From an uncultured Methanosarcinales archaeon (lineage in GTDB: Archaea > Nanobdellota > Nanobdellia > Woesearchaeales > JACPIF01): a stretch of DNA of 15,138 nucleotides. Below are positions 1 to 8,593 of the stretch, one piece after another. The DNA lies in contig CAZBGH010000014.1 in the NCBI GenBank assembly GCA_964491335.1, positions 1 through 15,138 on the forward strand. Direction: 5' to 3'. The notes beneath the pieces were generated by a model that was not told the origin of the DNA, did no database searches, and saw only the letters and a list, made by a program, of their open reading frames with translations. How positions within the stretch are numbered: the first letter of the stretch is position 1; each line of letters opens with the position of its first letter. Both the position numbers and the translations under genes were made by a program.

Positions 1-262
1 TAAAATTGGAAAATAGCAGTATATACATAGCGATTACATATGAGAAGCAAAAATTAGCCACCGAACCGTTTCTCGTTTTATTTATCGTAAAGCCCCCGAT
101 TTCGTTAGTTATAATAAAAAGTTTTGTTTAATCTTTGTTATGTGACAATAAGAATTATTTCATATTTTTATTTTTTCTGTGAGATTAAACGAAGGCAGCA
201 ACTAAAAGAATTTACAGTTTACGATGATTTTGTCGTCGGCAACTCAAAAATTGATTTTAACT

Positions 263-302
263 ATTGTTAACTACCTGCAAGGATTGTTAACTATCTGCAA
301 GG
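263..302. repeat. Tandem direct repeat, 2 x 20 bp (attgttaactacctgcaagg / attgttaactatctgcaagg)
   Basis: Read directly. The copies at 263-282 and 283-302 differ at one position. Each contains gttaac. Confidence 0.9.
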
Positions 303-360
303 CATTTCTATATTTCCGTAATCTCTAGCAAAGCATTTCTATATTCCTGTAGTTTCTAAG
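303..360. repeat. Imperfect tandem duplication (about 31 + 27 bp) spanning the stop codon of the 325..600 gene
   Basis: catttctatatttccgtaatctctagcaaag (303-333) is followed by catttctatattcctgtagtttctaag (334-360). On the minus strand the inner copy encodes the C-terminus LRNYRNIEMLC-stop. The outer copy is a degenerate untranslated echo (RLRKYRNALQ). Confidence 0.75.
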
Positions 361-600
361 TTCAGATTTATCATAATATCTAGGACTATGCATTCTCATC
401 ATGTCTTTGTGGTTTATCATATCCTTATTGTTCATCATGTCCTTATGGTGTTTTTCCATTGCATCTAAGTAACTTTTCTCATAGACCAATCCTCTGGGCA
501 ATTCTCTGTCATATCCGCCAATATGTGCTAACGTAAAGCTTGCTAAAATTGCAATGAGTAACAATGCGCTTGTAATAACCAAATACTTTTCTTTTGCCAT
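325..600 (-). CDS. Small secreted or membrane-anchored Met/His-rich protein (putative Cu(I)/metal-binding), 91 aa
   Basis: I trimmed track ORF 325..711 to the ATG at 598-600, which has a perfect GGAGGT 6 nt upstream. The product has an N-terminal hydrophobic segment (YLVITSALLLIAILASFTLA). This is followed by a periodic segment, MEKHHKDMM-NNKDMI-NHKDMM-RMH. The stop is TAG at 325-327. Confidence 0.6.
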   Translation of the reverse strand: MAKEKYLVITSALLLIAILASFTLAHIGGYDRELPRGLVYEKSYLDAMEKHHKDMMNNKDMINHKDMMRMHSPRYYDKSELRNYRNIEMLC

Positions 601-606
601 TCTTTT

Positions 607-612
607 ACCTCC
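607..612 (-). promoter_or_regulatory. Shine-Dalgarno GGAGGT for the 325..600 CDS
   Basis: Plus-strand acctcc at 607-612 is GGAGGT on the minus strand. The spacer to the ATG is 6 nt. Confidence 0.7.
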
Positions 613-760
613 AGAGACCTTCAAAGACCTCCAGAGCCTTGCTTGTTCTTCCAGTATCTCTGTAGGTATCATAAGGTGAAACGAGATAACTAATTTACTG
701 AAACTAGTCAAGAAAAAAGTGATACAAGCTCCTAAAATAATGAAACTTGATTGTTTTGTC

Positions 761-787
761 GTTTATTGTTGTTTATTGTTGTTTATT
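761..787. repeat. Tandem decamer gtttattgtt x about 2.7
   Basis: gtttattgtt gtttattgtt gtttatt, read directly. It overlaps the TAA stop (783-785) of the 783..1631 gene. Confidence 0.85.
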
Positions 788-1631
788 TTGCTCTCTTTAT
801 TAGAGTAGTAATATAAAACCTGTTAAAATATATCCAGAAGTAAATAAATACATATGCAATCCATGCAAATACAGTTAAGTAAAATGGGTAGTATTTTATA
901 TATAAAATAGGGTCCCTAAATATTGTTACAGCTGCAATAGTACTAGTGACAAAATAAAGAATCACGTAAAAGGATATAAATACCAGAAAGGTTAAAAAAA
1001 GTGGCATTAGTTTCCATAATTTCTTACTGAAAATTGCTCTAAAAACTGATTTAAGCAGAATAATAGTGCTAAAATTACTAGATTTCTTATTAACAAAAAA
1101 CTCTGTGGCTGATAGATTATATACTAAATAGAAAACTATTGCTGTAGATATAGTGATAATATCCCTGAAATAAGGAAAAAAGTCTGCTCTAAGTGTGTAA
1201 GATAAAACGTTCATAATAACCATTAAAAATGTAAAGAAAACAATAAAGATTAGTAGATTAAGGAGATATAGTTTTAGTAGTCTCTTTAGATCTAATTTTG
1301 TTTTTAACTTATTTTTTATAATATCCATTATACTATATCTAAAGAATGTAAGTGATAATATTAATAATGCTACATAGATAAGCATACTAAATATAATTAA
1401 ATAATTGGTAATTCCTCTGAGAAATTGTGCTAGTGCCAAAAGTGTATTAGCATTAAAGAAGAGACCAGCTAAAAAGAGAATGGTATATATAGATAACACA
1501 AATAATACATCAAATAATACAATTAACCAATTATAATGCTTCAGTGCTAAAAATTGGGAATAAGCATCATAAAAAGCTGTTGACTTAAGTTTTCCTTTTA
1601 ATTTTGAGAGATACGAGAGATACTTTACCAT
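783..1631 (-). CDS. Polytopic integral membrane protein, function unknown (282 aa)
   Basis: ATG start at 1629-1631 and a long uninterrupted ORF. There are multiple F/I/L/Y-rich hydrophobic spans separated by short K/R-rich loops. I recognise no family motif. Confidence 0.6.
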   Translation of the reverse strand: MVKYLSYLSKLKGKLKSTAFYDAYSQFLALKHYNWLIVLFDVLFVLSIYTILFLAGLFFNANTLLALAQFLRGITNYLIIFSMLIYVALLILSLTFFRYSIMDIIKNKLKTKLDLKRLLKLYLLNLLIFIVFFTFLMVIMNVLSYTLRADFFPYFRDIITISTAIVFYLVYNLSATEFFVNKKSSNFSTIILLKSVFRAIFSKKLWKLMPLFLTFLVFISFYVILYFVTSTIAAVTIFRDPILYIKYYPFYLTVFAWIAYVFIYFWIYFNRFYITTLIKRAK

Positions 1632-1749
1632 TATTTATTAGCCTTTTTTACGTATTTATTAATCTTATCTTTATTTAAGTAATGGCTAAGAGTGGGGAAA
1701 AGTGAAGGTAACCAATAACAAGATTTAAAGGATCCGCATTAGTCATTTT

Positions 1750-2454
1750 TTAGTGCCCAAAATAAAGATCTTTCATAAGGTTTTTCTTAACTATTTCAGA
1801 ACCACCATATAAGGCTATTCTCCCTGCTTCCAATACATGAACCTTATTTGATATTTCTAGTGCCATGTGTGCATTTTGTTCAACTAGGATAATAGTAGTT
1901 CCCTGTTTGTTAATCTCTTTTATTTTTTTAAATACTTCTGCCATAATATTTGGATCTAGACCTAAGCTAGGTTCATCTAAAAGTAACAATTCTGGTCTAA
2001 GCATTAAGGCCCTACCAATGGATAACATCTGCTGCTGCCCACCACTAAGGAAAGTAGCTTTTTGATTTCTTTTTTCTTTTAGTATTGGAAAATAATTATA
2101 AATTTCTTTTATTCTTTTTTGTACTAGGTTTTTATCTTCAATAATAAAAGCCCCCATTTCTAAATTCTCCTCAACTGTCATTGTTGAGAAGATTCTTCTT
2201 CCTTGAGGGACATAGGAAATCCCTTGTCTCACTGTTTCATTAGGGCTTTTATTTGTTATGTCCTTATTTTTAAATAAGATTTTTCCTTTATCTAGCTTTA
2301 ATAATCCAAAAATACATTTTAATGTTGTTGATTTTCCTGAACCATTGGGACCAATTAAAGCTAGTAAATCTCCTTCTTTAGCAAGTAGATTAATACCTTT
2401 CAAAATCTTTAGATTTCCATACCCTGCCTCTAAATGTTTTATTTCTAGCATCAT
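1750..2454 (-). CDS. livF: Branched-chain amino acid ABC transporter ATP-binding protein, LivF type
   Basis: Walker A GPNGSGKST, ABC signature LSGGQQQ, Walker B LLLLDEPS. The length (234 aa) and last-in-operon position are typical of LivF/BraG. Its ATG overlaps the upstream stop (ATGA at 2451-2454). Confidence 0.9.
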   Translation of the reverse strand: MMLEIKHLEAGYGNLKILKGINLLAKEGDLLALIGPNGSGKSTTLKCIFGLLKLDKGKILFKNKDITNKSPNETVRQGISYVPQGRRIFSTMTVEENLEMGAFIIEDKNLVQKRIKEIYNYFPILKEKRNQKATFLSGGQQQMLSIGRALMLRPELLLLDEPSLGLDPNIMAEVFKKIKEINKQGTTIILVEQNAHMALEISNKVHVLEAGRIALYGGSEIVKKNLMKDLYFGH

Positions 2455-3212
2455 AACTTTACCTTTTTGCCTAGATAAGCTTGTAAAACTTTAGGATTTT
2501 TTTGAACTTGTTTTGGAGTTCCTATAGCAATTTCTTTTCCATAATCCATAACAATAACTTTATCAGCTAAGTCCATAACAAATTTCATATCATGCTCAAT
2601 AAATAATATTGTCTTTCCTTCTTTTTTTAATCTTAGTAAGAGTTCCTTTATTTTTTCTCTCATTATAGGACTAACACCTGCAACAGGCTCGTCTAGAAGC
2701 AATAAATCTGCTTCTGTTGCTAATGCTCTTGCTATTTCAAGCAATTTCTGTTGTCCATAGCTAAGATTACAAGCATGAGAATTTTTCTTATTTTCCAGAC
2801 CCACAAATTTCAGAAATTCTAAACACCTTTCTCTGTTAGTTTGTTCTTCATGCTTTATGTACCTAGTTCTTAGAATTGTGCTTAAAATTTTTTCTCCTTC
2901 TTGGTGTTTAGCCAACAATAAATTTTCCATTGCTGTTAATTTTGGAAATAATCTTATCAACTGAAATGTTCTAGTGATCCCTAATCTTGCAATTTGATAT
3001 GAAGATAGATCAATTATTGGCTCTCCTTTAAAATGAATATCACCTTTATCCGGCCTTACTAAACCAGTAACCAAGTTAAAGACTGTTGTTTTACCTGCTC
3101 CATTTGGGCCAATTAAAGCAACAATTTGATTTTGATCAACTATAAAATTACAATCATGTACTGCCCTAATCCCCCTGAAATGCTTTTGAAGGTTTTTAAC
3201 TTTTAATAACAT
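2451..3212 (-). CDS. livG: Branched-chain amino acid ABC transporter ATP-binding protein, LivG type
   Basis: Walker A GPNGAGKTT, signature LSYGQQK, Walker B LLLLDEP. The length is 253 aa. The TGA stop overlaps the livF ATG. Confidence 0.9.
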   Translation of the reverse strand: MLLKVKNLQKHFRGIRAVHDCNFIVDQNQIVALIGPNGAGKTTVFNLVTGLVRPDKGDIHFKGEPIIDLSSYQIARLGITRTFQLIRLFPKLTAMENLLLAKHQEGEKILSTILRTRYIKHEEQTNRERCLEFLKFVGLENKKNSHACNLSYGQQKLLEIARALATEADLLLLDEPVAGVSPIMREKIKELLLRLKKEGKTILFIEHDMKFVMDLADKVIVMDYGKEIAIGTPKQVQKNPKVLQAYLGKKVKL

Positions 3213-3213
3213 T

Positions 3214-4098
3214 TTAGCTCTCCTTTTCTACAGGAATCTCACCTAAAATACCTTGCGGTCTTTTTATAAGCAAATAAATTAGTAAACCTGCGTATATCAT
3301 CTGCCTTAAAGCTCCAATAGCAAAGCTTGGCAATGGTAAAAATCTTAATGGTTCTGGTAATAAAACTAAAATAACTGCTCCAATTATTGAACCCTCAACA
3401 GAAGCTAGTCCACCAACTAAAACCATGGAAATTATCAGTATCGATTCTAAAATTGTAAAGCTTGAGGGATCAATGTAAGTAATGTAGTGTGCATACAAAC
3501 CTCCTGCAATACCTGCAAAAACAGCTGAAATAACTAAAGCATGTATTTTGTACTTAATTATATTTTTTCCTAAACTAGAAACAACTAATTCGTCTTCTCT
3601 TATAGCTTTTAATAATCTTCCAAAAGGGGCATTAGTAATATGTTTAATGAATATGTAAGTTATTAAGACAAATATCCCAACTAGGATTAAATAAGAAAAA
3701 CCAGAAAATGTAATGCCAAATAAAATTGGCTTTGGAATTCCTGGTAAGCCAAGAGGGCCCCTTGTTAAGGAAATCCAATTCCTAAAAATATTTTCAATAA
3801 TTATTGCAAACCCTAAAGTAGCTATTGCAAGATAATCTCCTTTTAATTTTACAGATGGTATTGCTAACAGTAAACCAAAAAAACTTGCTACTAACCCGCC
3901 ACTTAATAAACCAATCCAAAAAGGAACTCCAAAATTTAATACAAGTAAAGCTGAGGTATAAGCACCAATTCCATAAAAGGCAACATGGCCTATGTTTAAT
4001 AAACCAGTAAAACCCATAGCTAAATTTAGGCTTATAGATAATATTATGTAAATTCCAATCAGAATCAATAAATGGATTATATAAGATTCTAAGGCCAT
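3214..4098 (-). CDS. livM: Branched-chain amino acid ABC transporter permease, LivM type
   Basis: A multi-TM protein of 294 aa with LivM-like segments (GLLNIGHVAFYGIGAYT; LVGGLASVEGSIIGA). It abuts livH (stop/start are adjacent) and livG (1-nt gap). Confidence 0.85.
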   Translation of the reverse strand: MALESYIIHLLILIGIYIILSISLNLAMGFTGLLNIGHVAFYGIGAYTSALLVLNFGVPFWIGLLSGGLVASFFGLLLAIPSVKLKGDYLAIATLGFAIIIENIFRNWISLTRGPLGLPGIPKPILFGITFSGFSYLILVGIFVLITYIFIKHITNAPFGRLLKAIREDELVVSSLGKNIIKYKIHALVISAVFAGIAGGLYAHYITYIDPSSFTILESILIISMVLVGGLASVEGSIIGAVILVLLPEPLRFLPLPSFAIGALRQMIYAGLLIYLLIKRPQGILGEIPVEKES

Positions 4099-4980
4099 TT
4101 AACCTGAAGCCTCCTCTCTTGTTTTAACACCAAATAATCCTTTTGGTCTAAATAATAAAAATAAGATTAATATTACGAAAGCAATTGCATCTTTATAGCC
4201 ACTTGGCAAGAACCATATTCCTATGTTCTCAATAATACCTATTAAAAATCCTCCAACTAAAGCAGCTGGAACATTTCCTATGCCACCAATAATACTCGCA
4301 GTTAAACCCTTTAATATAACACTAAGGCCCATAGTATGCTCAGGATTTTGCTCTAAGGCAACTAAAATTCCTGCTATTCCTGTCAATAAACTAGAAATAA
4401 CAAAAGTTATTGCTATAGTTTTTTCAACATTTATTCCAAGAGTAGAAGCAATTTGCTTATCATCAGCAATTGCTCTCATTGCTTTTCCTAGTTTTGTGGT
4501 TTTCATAAACAACTGTAAAAGCAGAAATAAAACTAGTGAAATTACTATTAACAAAATTTGGGTTTTTGTTATTATTGCTCCAGATATTTCATAACCCCTA
4601 GTAATTGGCAAACCAAATGTTCTAACCTCGGCTCCAAAAATAAGCAAAATAAGGGCTGTGATAAAAAGAAATACACCAAAAGAGGCAAGAAATAATATAA
4701 AATTACTTGCATTTTTATTTCTTAATGGTTTGTAAACAATTTTATTTATTAAAATTGCTAATATAGAGACTATAATCAATGCAAGAATCAAAGAAACTAA
4801 AAAATTAAGGCCAAATAAAATATTAAATGCATAGGCAGAAAAAGCAGAAACAACAAATAAAGCTCCTGGACTTAAATCCATAAATTTAATAATATTATAA
4901 ATTAAAGAAAAACTAGAAGCCATTAAAGCATAAATTGCTCCTGCTATTATTCCATTAACTAACAACTGTAAAAGTACCAT
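4099..4980 (-). CDS. livH: Branched-chain amino acid ABC transporter permease, LivH type
   Basis: A multi-TM protein of 293 aa with LivH-like segments (MRAIADDKQIASTLGINV; IIGGIGNVPAALVGGFLIGIIEN). It holds the second position of a K-H-M-G-F gene order. Confidence 0.85.
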   Translation of the reverse strand: MVLLQLLVNGIIAGAIYALMASSFSLIYNIIKFMDLSPGALFVVSAFSAYAFNILFGLNFLVSLILALIIVSILAILINKIVYKPLRNKNASNFILFLASFGVFLFITALILLIFGAEVRTFGLPITRGYEISGAIITKTQILLIVISLVLFLLLQLFMKTTKLGKAMRAIADDKQIASTLGINVEKTIAITFVISSLLTGIAGILVALEQNPEHTMGLSVILKGLTASIIGGIGNVPAALVGGFLIGIIENIGIWFLPSGYKDAIAFVILILFLLFRPKGLFGVKTREEASG

Positions 4981-5012
4981 TATAATTAATTAAAAAAAGT
5001 GAAAATAAAAAT

Positions 5013-6158
5013 TTATTGTTTATATTCATTCACTTTCCCATCCTTAACAACCTTTAAAACATAATTGAATAAAGGATCTCCATTTGGGTCTAATGTCAAT
5101 AGACCAGCTGTTCCTTTTCTATTTTTAATTGAATAAAGGTGGGTTTTTATGCAATCTGCCTTAACTTCTCCACAACTTTCTATTGCTTCTTTAAGAATAT
5201 AAACTGCATCATAGGTTGTAGCTAAGTAAACAGGTGGCAATGCCCCAGCTAATTCTCCATATCTTGCTGTTAATTTATCTAAAAATTCTTTTGATATGGG
5301 ATCATCTGGATTAAATAGGGGTTCAGCAAGAATAGCCCCATCAATTTCATTTTTGTATTGTTCTAGCACATCCTTTCCAGCAGCTATTTCATTAGTATAT
5401 AATGGTCCTTCATACCCCAATTCCTTTAATTGCTTTAAAACTAAACCGAATTTTGCTGGAGTTTGAGGAACTATATAAACAGCATCTGGTTTTGCATTTA
5501 TTATTTTAGTTATCTGGGTTTTAAAGTCGCTTGCGTCTGAACTAAAAGACTCATCAGTAGATATTACCCCTCCTAATGATTTAAATTTATTTTTAAATAC
5601 TCTGGAAACAGCTTGTGCATAATCTGTTACCTCTGATAACACCCCTACTTTAACATATCCTTGTTCAATAGCTGACTCTGCTATTTTACTTCCAGAAGAA
5701 GCGTCAGAAGGAAAGTTTCTAAATACATAATCACCAGCATTAGTGATATCTGGGCTACCAGAGCCTGGAGAGAATAATATTACTTTACTAGATTCTGCTA
5801 TTGGTGCAGCACCCAATGTCTCTCCACTACATAGTCCTCCAAGAATCACTTTTACTCCATCAACATTTATTAATTTCTGTGCAGCTGATGAGGCTTCTTT
5901 TCCTGTGCATTTTCCATCTTCAAATATGATTTTTATCTGCTTTCCAAGGATTCCACCTTGTGAGTTAATTTCTTCAATAGCTAAAATAGCTGACTTTTGC
6001 AATGGCAATCCATAAGCAGCAGCATCCCCAGAAAGAGGCATTATAGAACCTATTTTAATTTCTCCAGTATCTCTAGACTTAAATATTAAAACTGCTGCAA
6101 GGATTATTATTGCTACTGCGACAATACCAATAATCCCCTTTGTTGTTTTTGTAGCCAT
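5013..6158 (-). CDS. livJ: ABC transporter substrate-binding protein, Leu/Ile/Val-binding (LivJ/K, type I periplasmic binding fold) family, membrane-anchored
   Basis: N-terminal TM anchor (GIIGIVAVAIIILAAVLIF), then IKIGSIMPLSGDAAAYG...A...EIN..GGILGKQIK..FEDGKC, which is typical of this family. It is first in the liv operon. GGGGGT lies about 8 nt upstream of the ATG. Confidence 0.8.
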   Translation of the reverse strand: MATKTTKGIIGIVAVAIIILAAVLIFKSRDTGEIKIGSIMPLSGDAAAYGLPLQKSAILAIEEINSQGGILGKQIKIIFEDGKCTGKEASSAAQKLINVDGVKVILGGLCSGETLGAAPIAESSKVILFSPGSGSPDITNAGDYVFRNFPSDASSGSKIAESAIEQGYVKVGVLSEVTDYAQAVSRVFKNKFKSLGGVISTDESFSSDASDFKTQITKIINAKPDAVYIVPQTPAKFGLVLKQLKELGYEGPLYTNEIAAGKDVLEQYKNEIDGAILAEPLFNPDDPISKEFLDKLTARYGELAGALPPVYLATTYDAVYILKEAIESCGEVKADCIKTHLYSIKNRKGTAGLLTLDPNGDPLFNYVLKVVKDGKVNEYKQ

Positions 6159-6291
6159 TCTTTAAACCCCCATTTTTATCTTCTTTGTAGTGTTTATCAT
6201 ATTATTATGTTGATTATATTGTTAAATAAATTAATAAATGGTGGTAAGTATAATCCCCTTTTTAAATATTTACTTTTTCAGTAGTATCGCA

Positions 6292-7284
6292 TTACTGTTT
6301 TTTCTTTGGTTTATTCTTCCTATAGAAATAATATATCAGTAAAATAAAAAGAATAAGCAATAACCCGCCAAATATATTCCCTACATTTGAACCAATTAAT
6401 TTTCTCTGCCACTCATAAAAAAGGAATTTTCCACCTAGCATATTATAAGCATTGAATTTCCATGTTCCACCATAGATAGAAACTATAATGCCCATAGCAA
6501 CTAATAATGACCCTCCGATTAGGTTACTGGTGTTAAAAGTAAATTTTCCAAGGTAGAATGTCTTGCCATGAACCCATTTTTTATTGCCTAAATTATATTT
6601 ATCATATAGCCCAGCAATAACAAATAAAGGTACTAATAACCCAATCCCATAAAAGAAAAATAATAGACTGGCATAAAAGAAATTATGCAAATAAGTAGCC
6701 ATTACTATTATTCCGACAAGTATTGGTCCTAAGCAAGCTGACCATCCTATAACAAAAAATGCTCCTAGCAGATATATTCCTAAATAATCGTGCCTAAATT
6801 GCCTATGCTTTATGAATGGTTTTATAAAAGATGAGAAACCTTTACCAAAAAACATCATTATACCAAGTAACATTAGCAATAAACCTGATACTTTAGCTAA
6901 GAAAGCATTTCCTTCCTGAAGGAATAAAAAAGATTTTCCTATATAAGAAGCAATAATCCCTAATATAATAAAAACTGTCATAAAGCCTGCTGAAAAAGCA
7001 AGCATAGCTTTCATTATATCCCTTTTTTCCTTAAAAGTAAAGGCAAAGAAAGCAGGTAATGTAGTAGCTGTGCATGGGCTTAAAAGACTAATAAAGCCTG
7101 CTAAAAAGGCTATAAGAAAGGATATATTCCTTACATAAGACTCTGCTTCTTTCTGATTTGACTCTATTGCACTTTGCAGGCTTTTTGGTAACTTAGGTAA
7201 CTCTTGAGAAAGGCTTATAGGGATTATTAGGCTAGCTACAATAGTTATTAACAAAAAGGCTAAAAATAGTTTAGTTTTATGCAT
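6292..7284 (-). CDS. ccdA: CcdA/DsbD-family transmembrane thiol-disulfide electron transporter (cytochrome c biogenesis protein transmembrane region family)
   Basis: Two family-typical membrane-embedded Cys motifs are present: LLSPCTATTLPAFF and GWSACLGPIL. The protein is polytopic. The track start at 7293 is TTG, so I trimmed it to the ATG at 7282-7284 (MHKTKLF...). Confidence 0.8.
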   Translation of the reverse strand: MHKTKLFLAFLLITIVASLIIPISLSQELPKLPKSLQSAIESNQKEAESYVRNISFLIAFLAGFISLLSPCTATTLPAFFAFTFKEKRDIMKAMLAFSAGFMTVFIILGIIASYIGKSFLFLQEGNAFLAKVSGLLLMLLGIMMFFGKGFSSFIKPFIKHRQFRHDYLGIYLLGAFFVIGWSACLGPILVGIIVMATYLHNFFYASLLFFFYGIGLLVPLFVIAGLYDKYNLGNKKWVHGKTFYLGKFTFNTSNLIGGSLLVAMGIIVSIYGGTWKFNAYNMLGGKFLFYEWQRKLIGSNVGNIFGGLLLILFILLIYYFYRKNKPKKKQ

Positions 7285-7341
7285 CTTAACCAATAGTATC
7301 TTTTATAGGGGCATTATATCTTTGTACGAGCCTGTGGGACT

Positions 7342-8439
7342 TCATGGAGCAAATACAATGGATATTACATCTCCGTCTTTCCATACATAATCTGCATATT
7401 GCTCATTTGCAATCCCATTAACAGCCATCTTTAATTTTCCACTTTTGCCATCTGAACAAAGGTCGTTATTGCAATACCCATCAAAACATTTGCTAGTAAA
7501 TCTTACTCCTAATTGATCAAAAATGCCTCCAACTCTAAGCTTTTCAGGCTCCAGAAGTTCTGTCCCACTTTCATCAATTTTCACTAAAGCATGAAAATGC
7601 AGCCTATCATTTTCTTTATGAGTATGCTGATTTTCCAAATCTCCTGCTTCAAGCGGAAGATGATAAGGTTTACCACAAACACTCATTGCCAATTGCGTGT
7701 GCCAGTGGACAGCTAAATTACATCCATCTTGGCCACATACAATAAACCCTCTTTCAGCTCCTGATTGATAGAAATAAGAAACACTGTATCCTAGTAGCAA
7801 AGCTAAAACACCAATCCCTATACCATAAATAATTGGAGCAATTCTAAACTTTTTAATAATTTTATCATCTTTATTTTTTCTGTTTTTTCTTTTTGATTTC
7901 TTACTGCAAAAAAGTGTTGAAAGTGATGCATACATACCAAAAGCTAAGCTTGCAATAGCAATAAAAATTGATCCAATAATAGAATATTCTGCTCGTTTAT
8001 CCTTTACGTTAATTTCAAAAGTAGGTGTTAAGCTATCTTGGTCATCAAGCCTTAACAAGAATTTGGAAAAATATCTTCCTGCAAAACTTGGTTTCCAGCT
8101 AAATGCGTATACTCCTTTTTGCACCTCAGAAATTGCTGCGTAATATATTGGCTTTCGTGTTTTGAAATCAAGCACTGAGCCTTGAACATCAATGCCAGTT
8201 GCCAACTTGCCATCAGGAGCTATAACGTGTACTGCAAATGACAGTTCCTTACCAACATAAAATCTCGTGTCTGAAGGTATAAATGTGATATCATATCCTT
8301 CAATGTGGAGGCTCTCGCCTTCTACTCCTTCAGGCAAAGAAGAATCTTCTACATGAGAAGTTGTAGTAGTCAGATTAAAAATACTCGCTAGGACTGTAAT
8401 CATCAACAAAAAATATATTTTCCTATTGTTCTCTAGCAT
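7342..8439 (-). CDS. Two-TM membrane protein with an N-terminal Ig-like extracytoplasmic domain and a C-terminal His/Cys-rich extracytoplasmic domain
   Basis: - Signal or anchor at the N-terminus.
- A beta-rich domain over residues 40-145 (YtkA/FixH-like in composition).
- TM, basic loop (KKSKRKNRKNKDDK), TM.
- A C-terminal domain with CGQDGC, HWH, HTH, HFH and CFDGYCNNDLC.
- ATG start and TGA stop. Confidence 0.65.
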   Translation of the reverse strand: MLENNRKIYFLLMITVLASIFNLTTTTSHVEDSSLPEGVEGESLHIEGYDITFIPSDTRFYVGKELSFAVHVIAPDGKLATGIDVQGSVLDFKTRKPIYYAAISEVQKGVYAFSWKPSFAGRYFSKFLLRLDDQDSLTPTFEINVKDKRAEYSIIGSIFIAIASLAFGMYASLSTLFCSKKSKRKNRKNKDDKIIKKFRIAPIIYGIGIGVLALLLGYSVSYFYQSGAERGFIVCGQDGCNLAVHWHTQLAMSVCGKPYHLPLEAGDLENQHTHKENDRLHFHALVKIDESGTELLEPEKLRVGGIFDQLGVRFTSKCFDGYCNNDLCSDGKSGKLKMAVNGIANEQYADYVWKDGDVISIVFAP

Positions 8440-8593
8440 TTTTACAGGGTCCTTGATATTTTACACATGTCTCTTTAAATCATTACATACAAATCCTTAT
8501 TCTACGAAATAGAGTCATTCACAAAAAAATCCCTAAAAATTTTCTTGGCTTAGTAAATTATAGTATATTATTTTAAGACTTTATTTTACAATT

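Noticed and set aside
263-360. CRISPR array
   Set aside because: There are only two copies of each unit, they are directly abutting with no spacers, and no cas genes are present.
601-711. N-terminal extension of ORF 325..711 (MTSFSKLV...GGKR)
   Set aside because: The internal ATG at 598-600 has a perfect GGAGGT at the optimal distance and starts a signal-peptide-like sequence. The extension would place that SD inside coding sequence. The same logic applies to the TTG or GTG track starts at 7293, 10886, 11637, 13456 and 14230.
1865-6015. Plus-strand ORFs 1865..2065, 2258..2494, 3825..4010, 4223..4594 and 5743..6015
   Set aside because: They lie entirely inside strongly supported minus-strand liv genes. 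Their composition is low-complexity and shadow-like, and they have no RBS or motif. They are antisense shadow ORFs.
1750-6158. The liv operon as part of the novel system
   Set aside because: It has canonical K-H-M-G-F order, canonical motifs and tight coupling. It is an ordinary amino-acid uptake transporter with no evident functional link to the neighbouring island.
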